A stretch of DNA of 64,000 nucleotides from contig SVSW01000002.1 of assembly GCA_015064095.1 (NCBI GenBank), forward strand, positions 27,002 through 91,001, read 5' to 3'. The stretch's first letter is position 1. The number at the start of each line of letters is the position of its first letter. The notes beneath the pieces were generated by a model. That model had not been told where the DNA came from and did not search any database. It was given only the letters and a program-made list of their open reading frames with translations. Both the position numbers and the translations under genes were made by a program. Source of the stretch: Oscillospiraceae bacterium. Its GTDB lineage: Bacteria > Bacillota > Clostridia > Oscillospirales > CAG-272. This document shows, in pieces, positions 43,368 through 51,801 of the stretch.

Positions 43368-44435
43368 TTACTCCTTTTTGCCGCCTGCGAGAAGATCGTA
43401 TATAACGATCGCCGTGAGGCAATCGACGACTGCACGCGCGCGATGGATTATCGCAGGATCGTGCCGACCCTTAAGATCCAAGACCGCGTTTTCGCCCGTC
43501 TTTATATCGACCGTTCTCTGGCTTTTGAATATCGAGGGCGTTGGGCGCACCGCGCACCGAAAAACGATCGGCATTCCGTTCGTTATTCCCCCGTTTATGC
43601 CGCCTGCGTTGTTCGTTTCGGTCCTGATCTCTGCGCCCTCGGAATATATCGGATCGTTTGCCTCGCTGCCGCGCATCTTTGAGATCCCGAAGCCCGCGCC
43701 GAACTCAACTCCCTTGATCCCCGGGATCGAGAACATCGCGTGCGAGATCAGGCTCTCGACGCTGTCAAACCACGGCTCTCCGAGCCCCGTCGGCACGCCG
43801 TAAACGTAAGTTTCAAGCACGCCGCCGACAGAATCGCCCTCACTTGCCGCCGCTTCGATCTGCGACTTCATTTTCTCACCGATATTTGCGTCAAGCGTCG
43901 GAAAATCCGTTGTGTCAAGGTATTTTATATCGGAAACGACATCAGAAAATCCTCTGTCCTCAATCTCTGCGAGCGAAGCGATATGCGTGCCGATATAAAT
44001 TCCCTTTTTATTCAGCTCCGAGAGCATTATCGCGCCCGCCGCAACGATCGGTGCCGTCAGACGTCCCGAAAAATGTCCGCCGCCGCGACGGTCCTGATAT
44101 CCGCCGTATTTATACTCTGCCGTAAGATCGGCGTGACCCGGACGCGCAAGTGTTCCGTAATCGGAGCTTCTTTTATTTTCGTTCGGTATCAAAATGCAAA
44201 GCGGAGCTCCCGTGGCGCGTCCCTCGTACTCGCCGCTGACGATCGAATACGCGTCACGCTCGACGCGTGCGGTCGATATCTTGCCCGACGGGCGGCGCTG
44301 AGTGAGCTTTTTTTCGATCAGCTCGCGGTCAATGGCCGTGCCGGGCGCAAGCCCGTCGATGACGGCGCCTATCATCTCACCGTGGCTCTCGCCGAAAAGC
44401 GTGATGCTCACGTTATTTCCGAAAGTATTTTTCAT
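43368..44435 (-). CDS. aroC: chorismate synthase
   Basis: FGESHG, RPGHAD and GRHDP motifs. Length 355 aa. Confidence 0.93.
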   Translation of the reverse strand: MKNTFGNNVSITLFGESHGEMIGAVIDGLAPGTAIDRELIEKKLTQRRPSGKISTARVERDAYSIVSGEYEGRATGAPLCILIPNENKRSSDYGTLARPGHADLTAEYKYGGYQDRRGGGHFSGRLTAPIVAAGAIMLSELNKKGIYIGTHIASLAEIEDRGFSDVVSDIKYLDTTDFPTLDANIGEKMKSQIEAAASEGDSVGGVLETYVYGVPTGLGEPWFDSVESLISHAMFSIPGIKGVEFGAGFGISKMRGSEANDPIYSEGAEIRTETNNAGGINGGITNGMPIVFRCAVRPTPSIFKSQRTVDIKTGENAVLDLKGRHDPAIIHRARAVVDCLTAIVIYDLLAGGKKE

Positions 44436-45418
44436 TTTAAAAATCCTTTTATCTCGTTTTTAAATCTCTCGATCGGCATCTTCCGTATCTCGCACGAGCC
44501 GATCTTTTCTACGTACACGACCGAGATCTCGTCACCGTCGAGCTTTTTATCGTGCCCGATCGCCGCGATCACCTTATCTGCATCGACTTCGATCTTTGTC
44601 GGCAGGCCGAGCGTTTTGAGGACCTTTTTGAGCCTTTCCTTTTCCGCACACACGGGTATCATTCCGAGCGCCACGCACTCGCCGTGATAAAGCCCCGTGA
44701 CGCTCTCTATCCCGTGCCCGACCGTGTGGCCGAAATTGAGGATCCTTCGCTGTCCCTTTTCCTTCTCGTCCGCCTCGACGACCGCCTTTTTTATCATAAG
44801 CGAACGGTATATAACGGTGTCGATATCAGCTCCGTTCTCTATCAGCTCGAAAAGCTCGCGGTCCGAGGTCGCCGCCATTTTTACGGCTTCGGCAAGCCCT
44901 GCCGAGATCTGGCGTTTATCTAAGGTCACAAGCGTGTCGGGGTCTATTACGACCGCCTTCGGCTGATAAAATGCGCCGACGATATTCTTTATTCCGCCGA
45001 GATTTATCGCGGTCTTGCCGCCGATCGACGAATCGACCTGCGAAAGAAGCGTCGTCGGTACTCCGTAAAAATCAATTCCGCGCATATACGACGCGGCGCA
45101 AAAGCCCGCAAGGTCGCCGCAAACACCGCCGCCGACTGCGACGACGCAATCCGTGCGCGTAAATCCGAGCGAAAGGAGAGTTTTTTGGACCTTTTCAAAC
45201 ACCTCAATGCTCTTTGATCCCTCACCCGTCGGCACGGTCAGAATATGTGCGTCCTTTGCCTGACGGGCGACCGCCTCGGCGTACTCCTTCGGCACTCCGT
45301 CGTCCGTGAGCACGAGCGTTTTGCGGTCAAGATCAAATATCTTGCCCGCGCGCAAAAGCGCGCCGCGCTCTATTATTATATTGTAAGAATTTTTCCCGAG
45401 TTCAACGGTTAATTTCAT
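44432..45418 (-). CDS. aroB: 3-dehydroquinate synthase
   Basis: GGGVCGDLAGF, NFGHTVGH and the metal-ligand context are present. The start is assumed at the internal Met (MKLTVELG) of the track ORF, whose TTG start is at 45436. Confidence 0.9.
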   Translation of the reverse strand: MKLTVELGKNSYNIIIERGALLRAGKIFDLDRKTLVLTDDGVPKEYAEAVARQAKDAHILTVPTGEGSKSIEVFEKVQKTLLSLGFTRTDCVVAVGGGVCGDLAGFCAASYMRGIDFYGVPTTLLSQVDSSIGGKTAINLGGIKNIVGAFYQPKAVVIDPDTLVTLDKRQISAGLAEAVKMAATSDRELFELIENGADIDTVIYRSLMIKKAVVEADEKEKGQRRILNFGHTVGHGIESVTGLYHGECVALGMIPVCAEKERLKKVLKTLGLPTKIEVDADKVIAAIGHDKKLDGDEISVVYVEKIGSCEIRKMPIERFKNEIKGFLK

Positions 45419-45432
45419 TTTTCGTCCTCTTT

Positions 45433-46530
45433 TCAATCTCTGTGGCGGTACGACCCGATAAGCTTTAGCTTTTCGCAGCAGCTCCCAAGCTCCGCGAGCA
45501 TCTTTTCGCCCTCGTCACTGTCTATATTTCCCTCTGCCTCAACGTAGAAATAATACTGCCAAAGCAGCCTTTTGTCAGGCCTGCTTCGAAGCGACTGCAT
45601 ATTAAAGCCGTGCTTTCCTATTATATCTATCGCCTGCGCGAGCGAGCCCGCCTCGTTTTTGACGGTGAACATAAGTATAAATCTCATATCCATTCCGCGT
45701 GCCCCGAAATATCGGTTCCGCGCCGCCGAGAGGATAGCAAAGCGCGTTGTATTGTTCGACGATGCATTTATCGCGCGCGCCGCGACCGTAAGACCGTATT
45801 TTTTGCCCGCCTGCTCGGACGCGATCGCCGCAACCGTCGGATCTCCGAGCGCCCTCACTCTCTCCGCTGCGAGCGCGGTGTTCGCAAACTCAAGCGTATC
45901 GTATCCGTGCGCTCTTATATATTCCTCGCACTGATGCAGCGCCTGCGGGTGGCTGACGACCGTTTTTATCTCCCTCGGATCAGCTCCCGGCAATGTCAGA
46001 AGATCCTGCACGATCGCAAGATCGTACGTTCCGTTTATATAAAGCGTTCCCGAATAAAGCAGGTCCGCGACCGTGCCGACCTCGCCTGCCGAGCTGTTCT
46101 CGATCGGAAGCACGACAGCGTCGCACTCGCCGCGCTCAACGGCTTCGTACGCTTCGGGGAAATCGGCGTACCCGATCTTCTCGGCTGACGGAAATATCTT
46201 CTCCGCCGCGATATGCGCAAACGCGCCCTCAGTGCCGCTGTACGCGATCTTCATGCCCTCGATCAATCGGCTCTGATAGTGCCGCGACACTTCCATGGTC
46301 TTTCTGAGAAACTGCACGTAGCATTCGCGGATCTCAGGATCGGCATCGGAAATAAATTCGGAGTTTTTCGCGATCAGTGCGTCCTCACGCGCGCCGTCGT
46401 ATACCGGCAGAGCGTTCTCCTTTTTGTATTCCGCGGCAAGCCTTGCAGCTTCCATTCGGCGCAGAAAAAGACGCGCCATCTCGCGATCGACTTCGTCTAT
46501 TATCTTTCTCGCTTTTTCCAGTTTGTTCAT
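45433..46530 (-). CDS. pheA: bifunctional chorismate mutase / prephenate dehydratase (P-protein)
   Basis: The N-terminal AroQ-type CM helix is IDEVDREMARLFLRRMEAA. It is followed by a PDT domain (IENSSAGEV, TRF) and a C-terminal ACT domain. The start is at ATG 46530. Confidence 0.88.
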   Translation of the reverse strand: MNKLEKARKIIDEVDREMARLFLRRMEAARLAAEYKKENALPVYDGAREDALIAKNSEFISDADPEIRECYVQFLRKTMEVSRHYQSRLIEGMKIAYSGTEGAFAHIAAEKIFPSAEKIGYADFPEAYEAVERGECDAVVLPIENSSAGEVGTVADLLYSGTLYINGTYDLAIVQDLLTLPGADPREIKTVVSHPQALHQCEEYIRAHGYDTLEFANTALAAERVRALGDPTVAAIASEQAGKKYGLTVAARAINASSNNTTRFAILSAARNRYFGARGMDMRFILMFTVKNEAGSLAQAIDIIGKHGFNMQSLRSRPDKRLLWQYYFYVEAEGNIDSDEGEKMLAELGSCCEKLKLIGSYRHRD

Positions 46531-46544
46531 ATCGATCTCCTTTG

Positions 46545-46558
46545 TTAACATTGTTAAC
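46545..46558. promoter_or_regulatory. palindromic operator TTAACATTGTTAAC, copy 1 (in the pheA operon leader)
   Basis: Perfect 6-1-6 palindrome TTAACA-T-TGTTAA. It lies between the predicted +1 and the RBS of pheA. Confidence 0.55.
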
Positions 46559-46567
46559 TTGGTGTTT

Positions 46568-46596
46568 ATTATACTACGCACTTTCCCCCTTGTCAA
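46568..46596 (-). promoter_or_regulatory. consensus sigma-A promoter of the aro super-operon
   Basis: On the minus strand, TTGACA is the complement of 46591-46596 and TATAAT is the complement of 46568-46573, with a 17-nt spacer. Confidence 0.65.
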
Positions 46597-46617
46597 GAGA
46601 AAAAGTCAATAAAACCC

Positions 46618-46645
46618 TTGATTTTTTTAATTTTTGTGGTATAAT
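46618..46645 (+). promoter_or_regulatory. promoter of the TetR gene (TTGATT-16-TATAAT)
   Basis: TTGATT 46618-46623, TATAAT 46640-46645. Confidence 0.5.
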
Positions 46646-46658
46646 TAACATTGTTAAC
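46645..46658. promoter_or_regulatory. palindromic operator TTAACATTGTTAAC, copy 2 (overlaps -10/+1 of the TetR promoter)
   Basis: An identical 14-mer exactly 100 bp from copy 1. Confidence 0.55.
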
Positions 46659-46676
46659 AAGCTTTGGAGGTCAATA

Positions 46677-47246
46677 ATGCACGATAACGAAGAATATCTC
46701 GTTCCCGACGAGCTGCAAAAGGCTCTCATCATTGCCGGAATGCGCGAGATCGAACGCCACGGGCTTGCGGACTTTTCCTTGCGCCGCGTTGCCGCGGATT
46801 GCTCGGTCTCATGTGCCGCGCCGTACCGTCACTTCAAAAATAAAAGCGAGCTTATACTCGCCATAATCTTCTATGTAAATCAGCGCCGTGAGCTGCTTGA
46901 AAATCAGATAATTGAGTGCTTTGAGGGCGATATTCGCCGTACCGTGACTGAGCTTTGCGTTGCAAACGTCAGATTTTTCGCGGCAAATCCGAATTTTCGG
47001 CATATTATGCTGCTTGACGCCGCCTCGCTCGACGAAGATCAGCGCGCAGCACAAAGCCGTATGTTTTCAAGGCTTTCGGAGCTTATCTCCTCTCTTACGG
47101 GCGATAAGGACGAGGGTGAACGCCGCGCCGTTGCCGCGCGGGCGATGATCCTCGGCTTCACTCATATGCTCGGCTCGGGCGAGCTTCAAAATAACGATAA
47201 GATCTTCGACGATATAAGAAGATCCTTTGAGAAGATCTTTGAGTGA
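46677..47246 (+). CDS. TetR/AcrR family transcriptional regulator
   Basis: The N-terminal HTH is FSLRRVAADCSVSCAAPYRHFKNKSEL. The start is at ATG 46677 behind GGAGG. The track ORF start 46377 is an antisense read-through extension. Confidence 0.88.
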   Translation: MHDNEEYLVPDELQKALIIAGMREIERHGLADFSLRRVAADCSVSCAAPYRHFKNKSELILAIIFYVNQRRELLENQIIECFEGDIRRTVTELCVANVRFFAANPNFRHIMLLDAASLDEDQRAAQSRMFSRLSELISSLTGDKDEGERRAVAARAMILGFTHMLGSGELQNNDKIFDDIRRSFEKIFE

Positions 47247-47280
47247 GAGCTTGCCGCATAAAAATTAAATAAAAAAGCAA

Positions 47281-47325
47281 AGAACAGGCATACAGGAGTT
47301 TTTCCTGTATGCCTGTTCTTTTATT
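47281..47325. terminator. bidirectional terminator (TetR gene / upp)
   Basis: A 16-bp stem, AGAACAGGCATACAGG..CCTGTATGCCTGTTCT, with flanking A and T runs. Confidence 0.8.
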
Positions 47326-47965
47326 ATTTAGTTCCGAACAAACGGTCGCCCGCGTCGCCAAGACCCGGAAGAATATAGCCGTTTTCGTTAAGGCAACGGT
47401 CAAGAGTTGAAACGTATATGTTTACATCGGGGTGAGTCTCCGCAACCTTGGAAACTCCCTCGGGTGCTCCGATTATTGCCATAAACTTGATATGCTTGCA
47501 GCCCTTGTCTTTAAGAAGCTGAATAGCGTCGCACGCGCTTCCGCCCGTTGCCAGCATCGGGTCTACCAGCATTACAAGCTTGTTTTCAATGCCCTGGGGC
47601 AGCTTGCAGTAGTAGGTTTCGGGTATCAGGGTCGCCTCGTCACGGTACATACCGATATGTCCTACCTTTGCCAAGGGGAAAAGCACGTGTATTCCGTTGA
47701 CCATTCCAAGACCTGCGCGGAGGATCGGTACTATTACTATCGAATTGTCCGCAACCACGGTCTGCGTGCAGGTTTCAAGGGGGGTCTTGACCTCAATTTC
47801 GGTCGTCGGAACGCCGTCTTTGAGGCTTTCATACGTCATAAGCGTTGTGATCTCCTCAACCAGCTCACGAAATTCCTTCATGCTCGTCTTTTCGTCGCGC
47901 AAAATTGCGATCTTATGACGGATCAGCGGGTGATTGAAGATAACAACATTTTCATAGTTCTTCAT
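47324..47965 (-). CDS. upp: uracil phosphoribosyltransferase
   Basis: 213 aa with HPLIRHKIAILRD and the PRPP loop VDPMLATGGS. Confidence 0.93.
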   Translation of the reverse strand: MKNYENVVIFNHPLIRHKIAILRDEKTSMKEFRELVEEITTLMTYESLKDGVPTTEIEVKTPLETCTQTVVADNSIVIVPILRAGLGMVNGIHVLFPLAKVGHIGMYRDEATLIPETYYCKLPQGIENKLVMLVDPMLATGGSACDAIQLLKDKGCKHIKFMAIIGAPEGVSKVAETHPDVNIYVSTLDRCLNENGYILPGLGDAGDRLFGTK

Positions 47966-47981
47966 ATTTGCGTTTTCTCTC

Positions 47982-49376
47982 TTACTCTGCTTTTTCTTTG
48001 TTTCTGTTAAGAAGAATGTTAGTCACGATACCGAGGATAAGAGCGCACGCGATTGTGGTGATGGTGACCTCACCAAAGGAAACGGTCAGACCGCCGATGC
48101 CGGGGATAAGTATAGCGGAAACAACAAACAGATTTTTGCTGTCGCCAAGGTCTACCTTCTGGATCATTTTAAGACCCGAAACCGCGATAAATCCGTAAAG
48201 TGCTACGCAAACACCGCCCATTACGCAGTTCGGAATAGAGGAAAGAAGCGTGACGAAGGGACCGAAGAAGGAGATGACCATGCACATGATCGCCGCGGTG
48301 GTGATAGTTACGACAGATGCGTTTTTGGTTATTGCAACGCAACCGACGGATTCGCCGTATGTGGTGTTGGGGCAGCCGCCGAAGAATGCGCCCGCGACAG
48401 AGCCGACACCGTCACCGAGCAGGGTTCTGTGAAGACCCGGATTCTCAAGAAGATCCTTATCAATGATGGAAGAAAGATTCTTATGGTCTGCTATATGCTC
48501 TGCAAATACAACGAATGCAACGGGAATGTATGCAACCGCGATAGTAGCAATAAAGGAACCGTCTATTTCCTTAACTCCCTTGAATGCCTCAAAGAAGGTA
48601 AACTCGGGGATCGCAAATATCTGCATATTCGCGAATGCCGAGAAGTTGATGACCTGGAGAGCTACGTTATTCGTTGCAATACCGATAACGGTGAAAACAG
48701 AAGCAACAACGTAACCGACGCCTATACCGAGAACGAAGGGGATAAGCTTTGCCATCTTCTTGCCGTAAACGGAGAACAGGAATATAGAAAACACGGTTAC
48801 AAGACCGCAGATCAGTGCTACGTAGGGGCTGCAGCCCGAAACCATAGTAACTTCTTCTACGATAGCGCCATCTTTTATAACCTGACTCGTGGATTCTACC
48901 AAGACCTTACCGACTGTGAGATCGTTGACCGCGTTGACCGCGAGAGAAAGACCGATAAGCGCAACGGTCGGGCCTATAACTACGGTGGGCATGAGCTTGT
49001 TTATCCAAGCAACGCCCGCAAATTTAACGATTATTGCGATAACAACGTAAACAAGTCCCGCAAATATCGCGCCAAGGATAATTCCCGCGTATCCTGCGGA
49101 AGCGGAAACGGCTCCGCCGAAGGCTGCAAGCATTGAGCCTATAAATGCGAAGGAGGATCCAAGGAAAACGGGGCTGCGGAATTTAGTGAAGAGCTGGTAC
49201 ACAATAGTACCGACGCCTGCACCGAAAAGCGCTGCGGCTTGGCTCATTCCGTGTCCGATGATCGCGGGAACGAGAATGGTTGCCGCTAAGATTGCCAGAA
49301 CCTGCTGGAATGCGAAGATAAGCATTTGCCCAAACTTCGGCTTGTCGTGAATGTCATAGATAAGATTTTTGCCCAT
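47982..49376 (-). CDS. uraA: uracil/xanthine permease (NCS2 family)
   Basis: A roughly 12-14-TM protein with the NCS2 pattern (QHVLAM-like FQQVLAILAATILVP, ESVGC..TK). It lies directly upstream of upp. The start is at ATG 49376 behind AGGAGAG. Confidence 0.85.
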   Translation of the reverse strand: MGKNLIYDIHDKPKFGQMLIFAFQQVLAILAATILVPAIIGHGMSQAAALFGAGVGTIVYQLFTKFRSPVFLGSSFAFIGSMLAAFGGAVSASAGYAGIILGAIFAGLVYVVIAIIVKFAGVAWINKLMPTVVIGPTVALIGLSLAVNAVNDLTVGKVLVESTSQVIKDGAIVEEVTMVSGCSPYVALICGLVTVFSIFLFSVYGKKMAKLIPFVLGIGVGYVVASVFTVIGIATNNVALQVINFSAFANMQIFAIPEFTFFEAFKGVKEIDGSFIATIAVAYIPVAFVVFAEHIADHKNLSSIIDKDLLENPGLHRTLLGDGVGSVAGAFFGGCPNTTYGESVGCVAITKNASVVTITTAAIMCMVISFFGPFVTLLSSIPNCVMGGVCVALYGFIAVSGLKMIQKVDLGDSKNLFVVSAILIPGIGGLTVSFGEVTITTIACALILGIVTNILLNRNKEKAE

Positions 49377-49642
49377 TTTTACTCTCCTGTTCTTTTTTTC
49401 TTTCACGCCTTATTTTATTTTTTGGCCGTGTTCATTTCATTTTAACACCGTTGTCGTAAAAAGTCAAGGTTTGTAAAAAAATTATAAAAATTTTGTCTGC
49501 GGCTTTTCAACCGTAAAACAAAAAATGCTTTTTGCCACAGCAAAAAGCTACCTTACCTCTTCACTTTTCACTATTACCTTTTACCTCTGAAAAATATTCT
49601 CATCGGAGGGAGAGAAAAGTGAAGAGTGAAGAGTGAAAAAGT

Positions 49643-49676
49643 AAAAACAGACAAGCTTCGAAAGAAGCTTGTCTGT
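49643..49676 (-). terminator. terminator after tRNA-Ser
   Basis: ACAGACAAGCTTC-GAAA-GAAGCTTGTCTGT with a T-run on the minus strand. Confidence 0.75.
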
Positions 49677-49679
49677 TTT

Positions 49680-49771
49680 TGGCGGAGAGAAAGGGATTCG
49701 AACCCTTGTTGGGGTATAAGCCCAAACACGATTTCCAGTCGTGCGCCTTAGACCAGCTCAGCCATCTCTCC
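49680..49771 (-). tRNA. tRNA-Ser (anticodon GGA), long variable arm, CCA encoded
   Basis: The reverse complement is GGAGAGATGGCTGAGCTGGTCTAAGGCGCACGACTGGAAATCGTG...GGTTCGAATCCCTTTCTCTCCGCCA. The anticodon loop is CTGGAAA. Confidence 0.95.
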
Positions 49772-50009
49772 ATTCGGCTTTGTGCCGTACTTTGGTATTA
49801 TATCACACTGTTTTTTGTTTGTCAAGTTCATTTTTGCGTTTTTTTGACCCTAAATTGTAAAAGTTATGTAAAAAATACGGCAAAGTCATTGTAAAACTAA
49901 CTAAATTATGTTATAATATATTATATATTACGCGCGCGGGCACGCGCGGATAAAATATGATATCTTACCTACATATAGAACAACAAAAGAAAGGAAAAAA
50001 TAACGAACA

Positions 50010-51467
50010 ATGTCTTATATTGACGAAGTTAAAGTCATTTGGGAAATGGCTAAAAAATCGCTCGCGGAAACTATGACGGAATCTGCCGTTAAGCTCTGGC
50101 TCGGCGATCTTTCGCTCGTTTCCTTTGAAAACAACACGGTCGGCTTTACGATCGAATCCGAATTCAAATACAACACAATACATAAACAGCTCTACAACGT
50201 CAAGATCGCGGACGCTTTCTCGAAGATCATGGGCTTCCCCGTTTCCGTTAACATTGAATTTACCGGAAAGGCGGCTTCGACAGAGGAGCTTATCCGCCGC
50301 ATACGCAGCGAAAACGCAGAGGCTATCGAGCGCGGTGCTTACGCAGGCGAGATCAAAAACAAGCCCACCGAGGAAATGGTTGGCGGCACGATACCTCCCT
50401 ACAACTTTGAATATACCTTTGATAACTTCATCGTCGGCGAATCAAATAAATTTGCTCACGCCGCCTGCCTTGCGGTTGCAAACAATCCGGCAAAGGACTA
50501 TAATCCCCTTTTTATATACGGACCCTCCGGTCTTGGCAAGACGCATCTGCTCTACGCAATAACGAACAAAATAAAAAAAGACAAGCCCGACACGCGCATT
50601 ATATATATAAAAGGTGAGGATTTCACAAATCAGCTGATAGAATGTCTTTCCCGACAGGCAATGCCGGAGTTCCGCCAGAAATACCGCGGCTGTGACGTTT
50701 TGCTTATCGACGATATTCAGTTCATCGCCGGCAAGGATTCAACTCAGCAGGAATTTTTCCACACCTTTAACGCCCTTTACGAAGACCATAAGCAGATAAT
50801 TCTGACCTCCGACCGTCCGCCGCGCGAGATCAAAACTCTTGAGGACCGCTTAAAGAGCCGCTTTGAATGGGGTCTTATTGCCGATATAGACAAGCCCGAC
50901 GACGAGCTTCGTATCGCAATAATCAAGAAAAAAGCGGAGCAGGTCAAAATAGATCTTTCCTCCGAGGTGCTCTCTTATCTTGCTCTCAATCTTCGCTCAA
51001 ACGTGCGCCAGATCGAGGGTGCTATCAAAAAGCTCGCGGCGCTCAGCTTCCTTTCAGGCAAGGAGATAACGCTTGAAAACACAAAATCCTGCATCGGAGA
51101 TCTGCTTGACGGCGCTGAGCCGACGACTGTCACGGTCGACAAGATATTCGGTGCTATGTACAAGCATTACGGAGTTTCAAAGGAGGATATCCTGAGCAAA
51201 AAGCGCAACAAGGAGATCGCAATGCCAAGACATATTGCGATATATCTTATGCGCAGGCTGACGGATATGTCCTTACCCAATATCGGAAAGCTTATAGGAC
51301 GCGACCATTCGACCGTCAAGGCCTCCGAGGATCTTATACAGAAAAAATACCGAGAGGACCCGAATTTCAGCCACGAGATCGAGGATATAAAAAGCGAGAT
51401 CGTTGGCAGCGGCAAGCCGATGCTCGAAAATCTCGATAAAACGGCAGGCAACGCAGAGTTCTTATAA
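50010..51467 (+). CDS. dnaA: chromosomal replication initiator protein DnaA
   Basis: 485 aa with the AAA+ Walker A GPSGLGKTHL, the box VII region and the C-terminal DNA-binding helix (HSTV). Confidence 0.97.
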   Translation: MSYIDEVKVIWEMAKKSLAETMTESAVKLWLGDLSLVSFENNTVGFTIESEFKYNTIHKQLYNVKIADAFSKIMGFPVSVNIEFTGKAASTEELIRRIRSENAEAIERGAYAGEIKNKPTEEMVGGTIPPYNFEYTFDNFIVGESNKFAHAACLAVANNPAKDYNPLFIYGPSGLGKTHLLYAITNKIKKDKPDTRIIYIKGEDFTNQLIECLSRQAMPEFRQKYRGCDVLLIDDIQFIAGKDSTQQEFFHTFNALYEDHKQIILTSDRPPREIKTLEDRLKSRFEWGLIADIDKPDDELRIAIIKKKAEQVKIDLSSEVLSYLALNLRSNVRQIEGAIKKLAALSFLSGKEITLENTKSCIGDLLDGAEPTTVTVDKIFGAMYKHYGVSKEDILSKKRNKEIAMPRHIAIYLMRRLTDMSLPNIGKLIGRDHSTVKASEDLIQKKYREDPNFSHEIEDIKSEIVGSGKPMLENLDKTAGNAEFL

Positions 51468-51801
51468 ACCTGTTGAAAAGCTGTTAGTTCCCTGTTTAAA
51501 ACTTTTGACGGACACTGACAAAGCATGACGGCTAAAAAATTTATCCACATTTTGTCAACACTCAATCAAAAGCATTTCAACATGACAGACACTGCCAAAA
51601 AAATCCCGAAGATCAGCGCCTTCAAGGCTCTCTTGATTTTCCACATTTTCCAAAGCCCCTAATAATACGAAGACTGCTCTTTCATTCTTCCATTCATTCT
51701 TTCTTTCTTTCTTTTTTCGCGCACGCGCGTAGAGAAAAAAATAAAAAGTGTGGAAAACTTTGTAATTTAATCTATTAATAAAAACCGAAAGGAAAAATAA
51801 A
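51468..51801. other. candidate oriC segment (dnaA-dnaN intergenic) with DnaA boxes and AT-rich right end
   Basis: The boxes are a perfect TTATCCACA (51541-51549), TTTTCCACA (51637-51645), TGTGGAAAA (51748-51756) and TGTTGAAAA (51471-51479). The AT-rich stretch TTTGTAATTTAATCTATTAATAAAAA lies next to the last box. Confidence 0.6.

Noticed and set aside
45411-45440. Apparent one-base discrepancy (run of T) when I hand-translated the aroB start region
   Set aside because: The ORF track gives an uninterrupted 334-aa AroB. My manual count of the homopolymer is the likelier error, so I claim no frameshift.
46377-46676. 100-codon N-terminal extension of the TetR ORF
   Set aside because: It covers the pheA 5' end and the divergent promoter region. 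The ATG at 46677 has a GGAGG RBS and gives a normal TetR HTH at residues approx 20-60.
49377-49480. PyrR-dependent attenuator in the uraA-upp leader
   Set aside because: There is no UCCAGAGAGG-type binding loop and no terminator hairpin between the promoter and the RBS.
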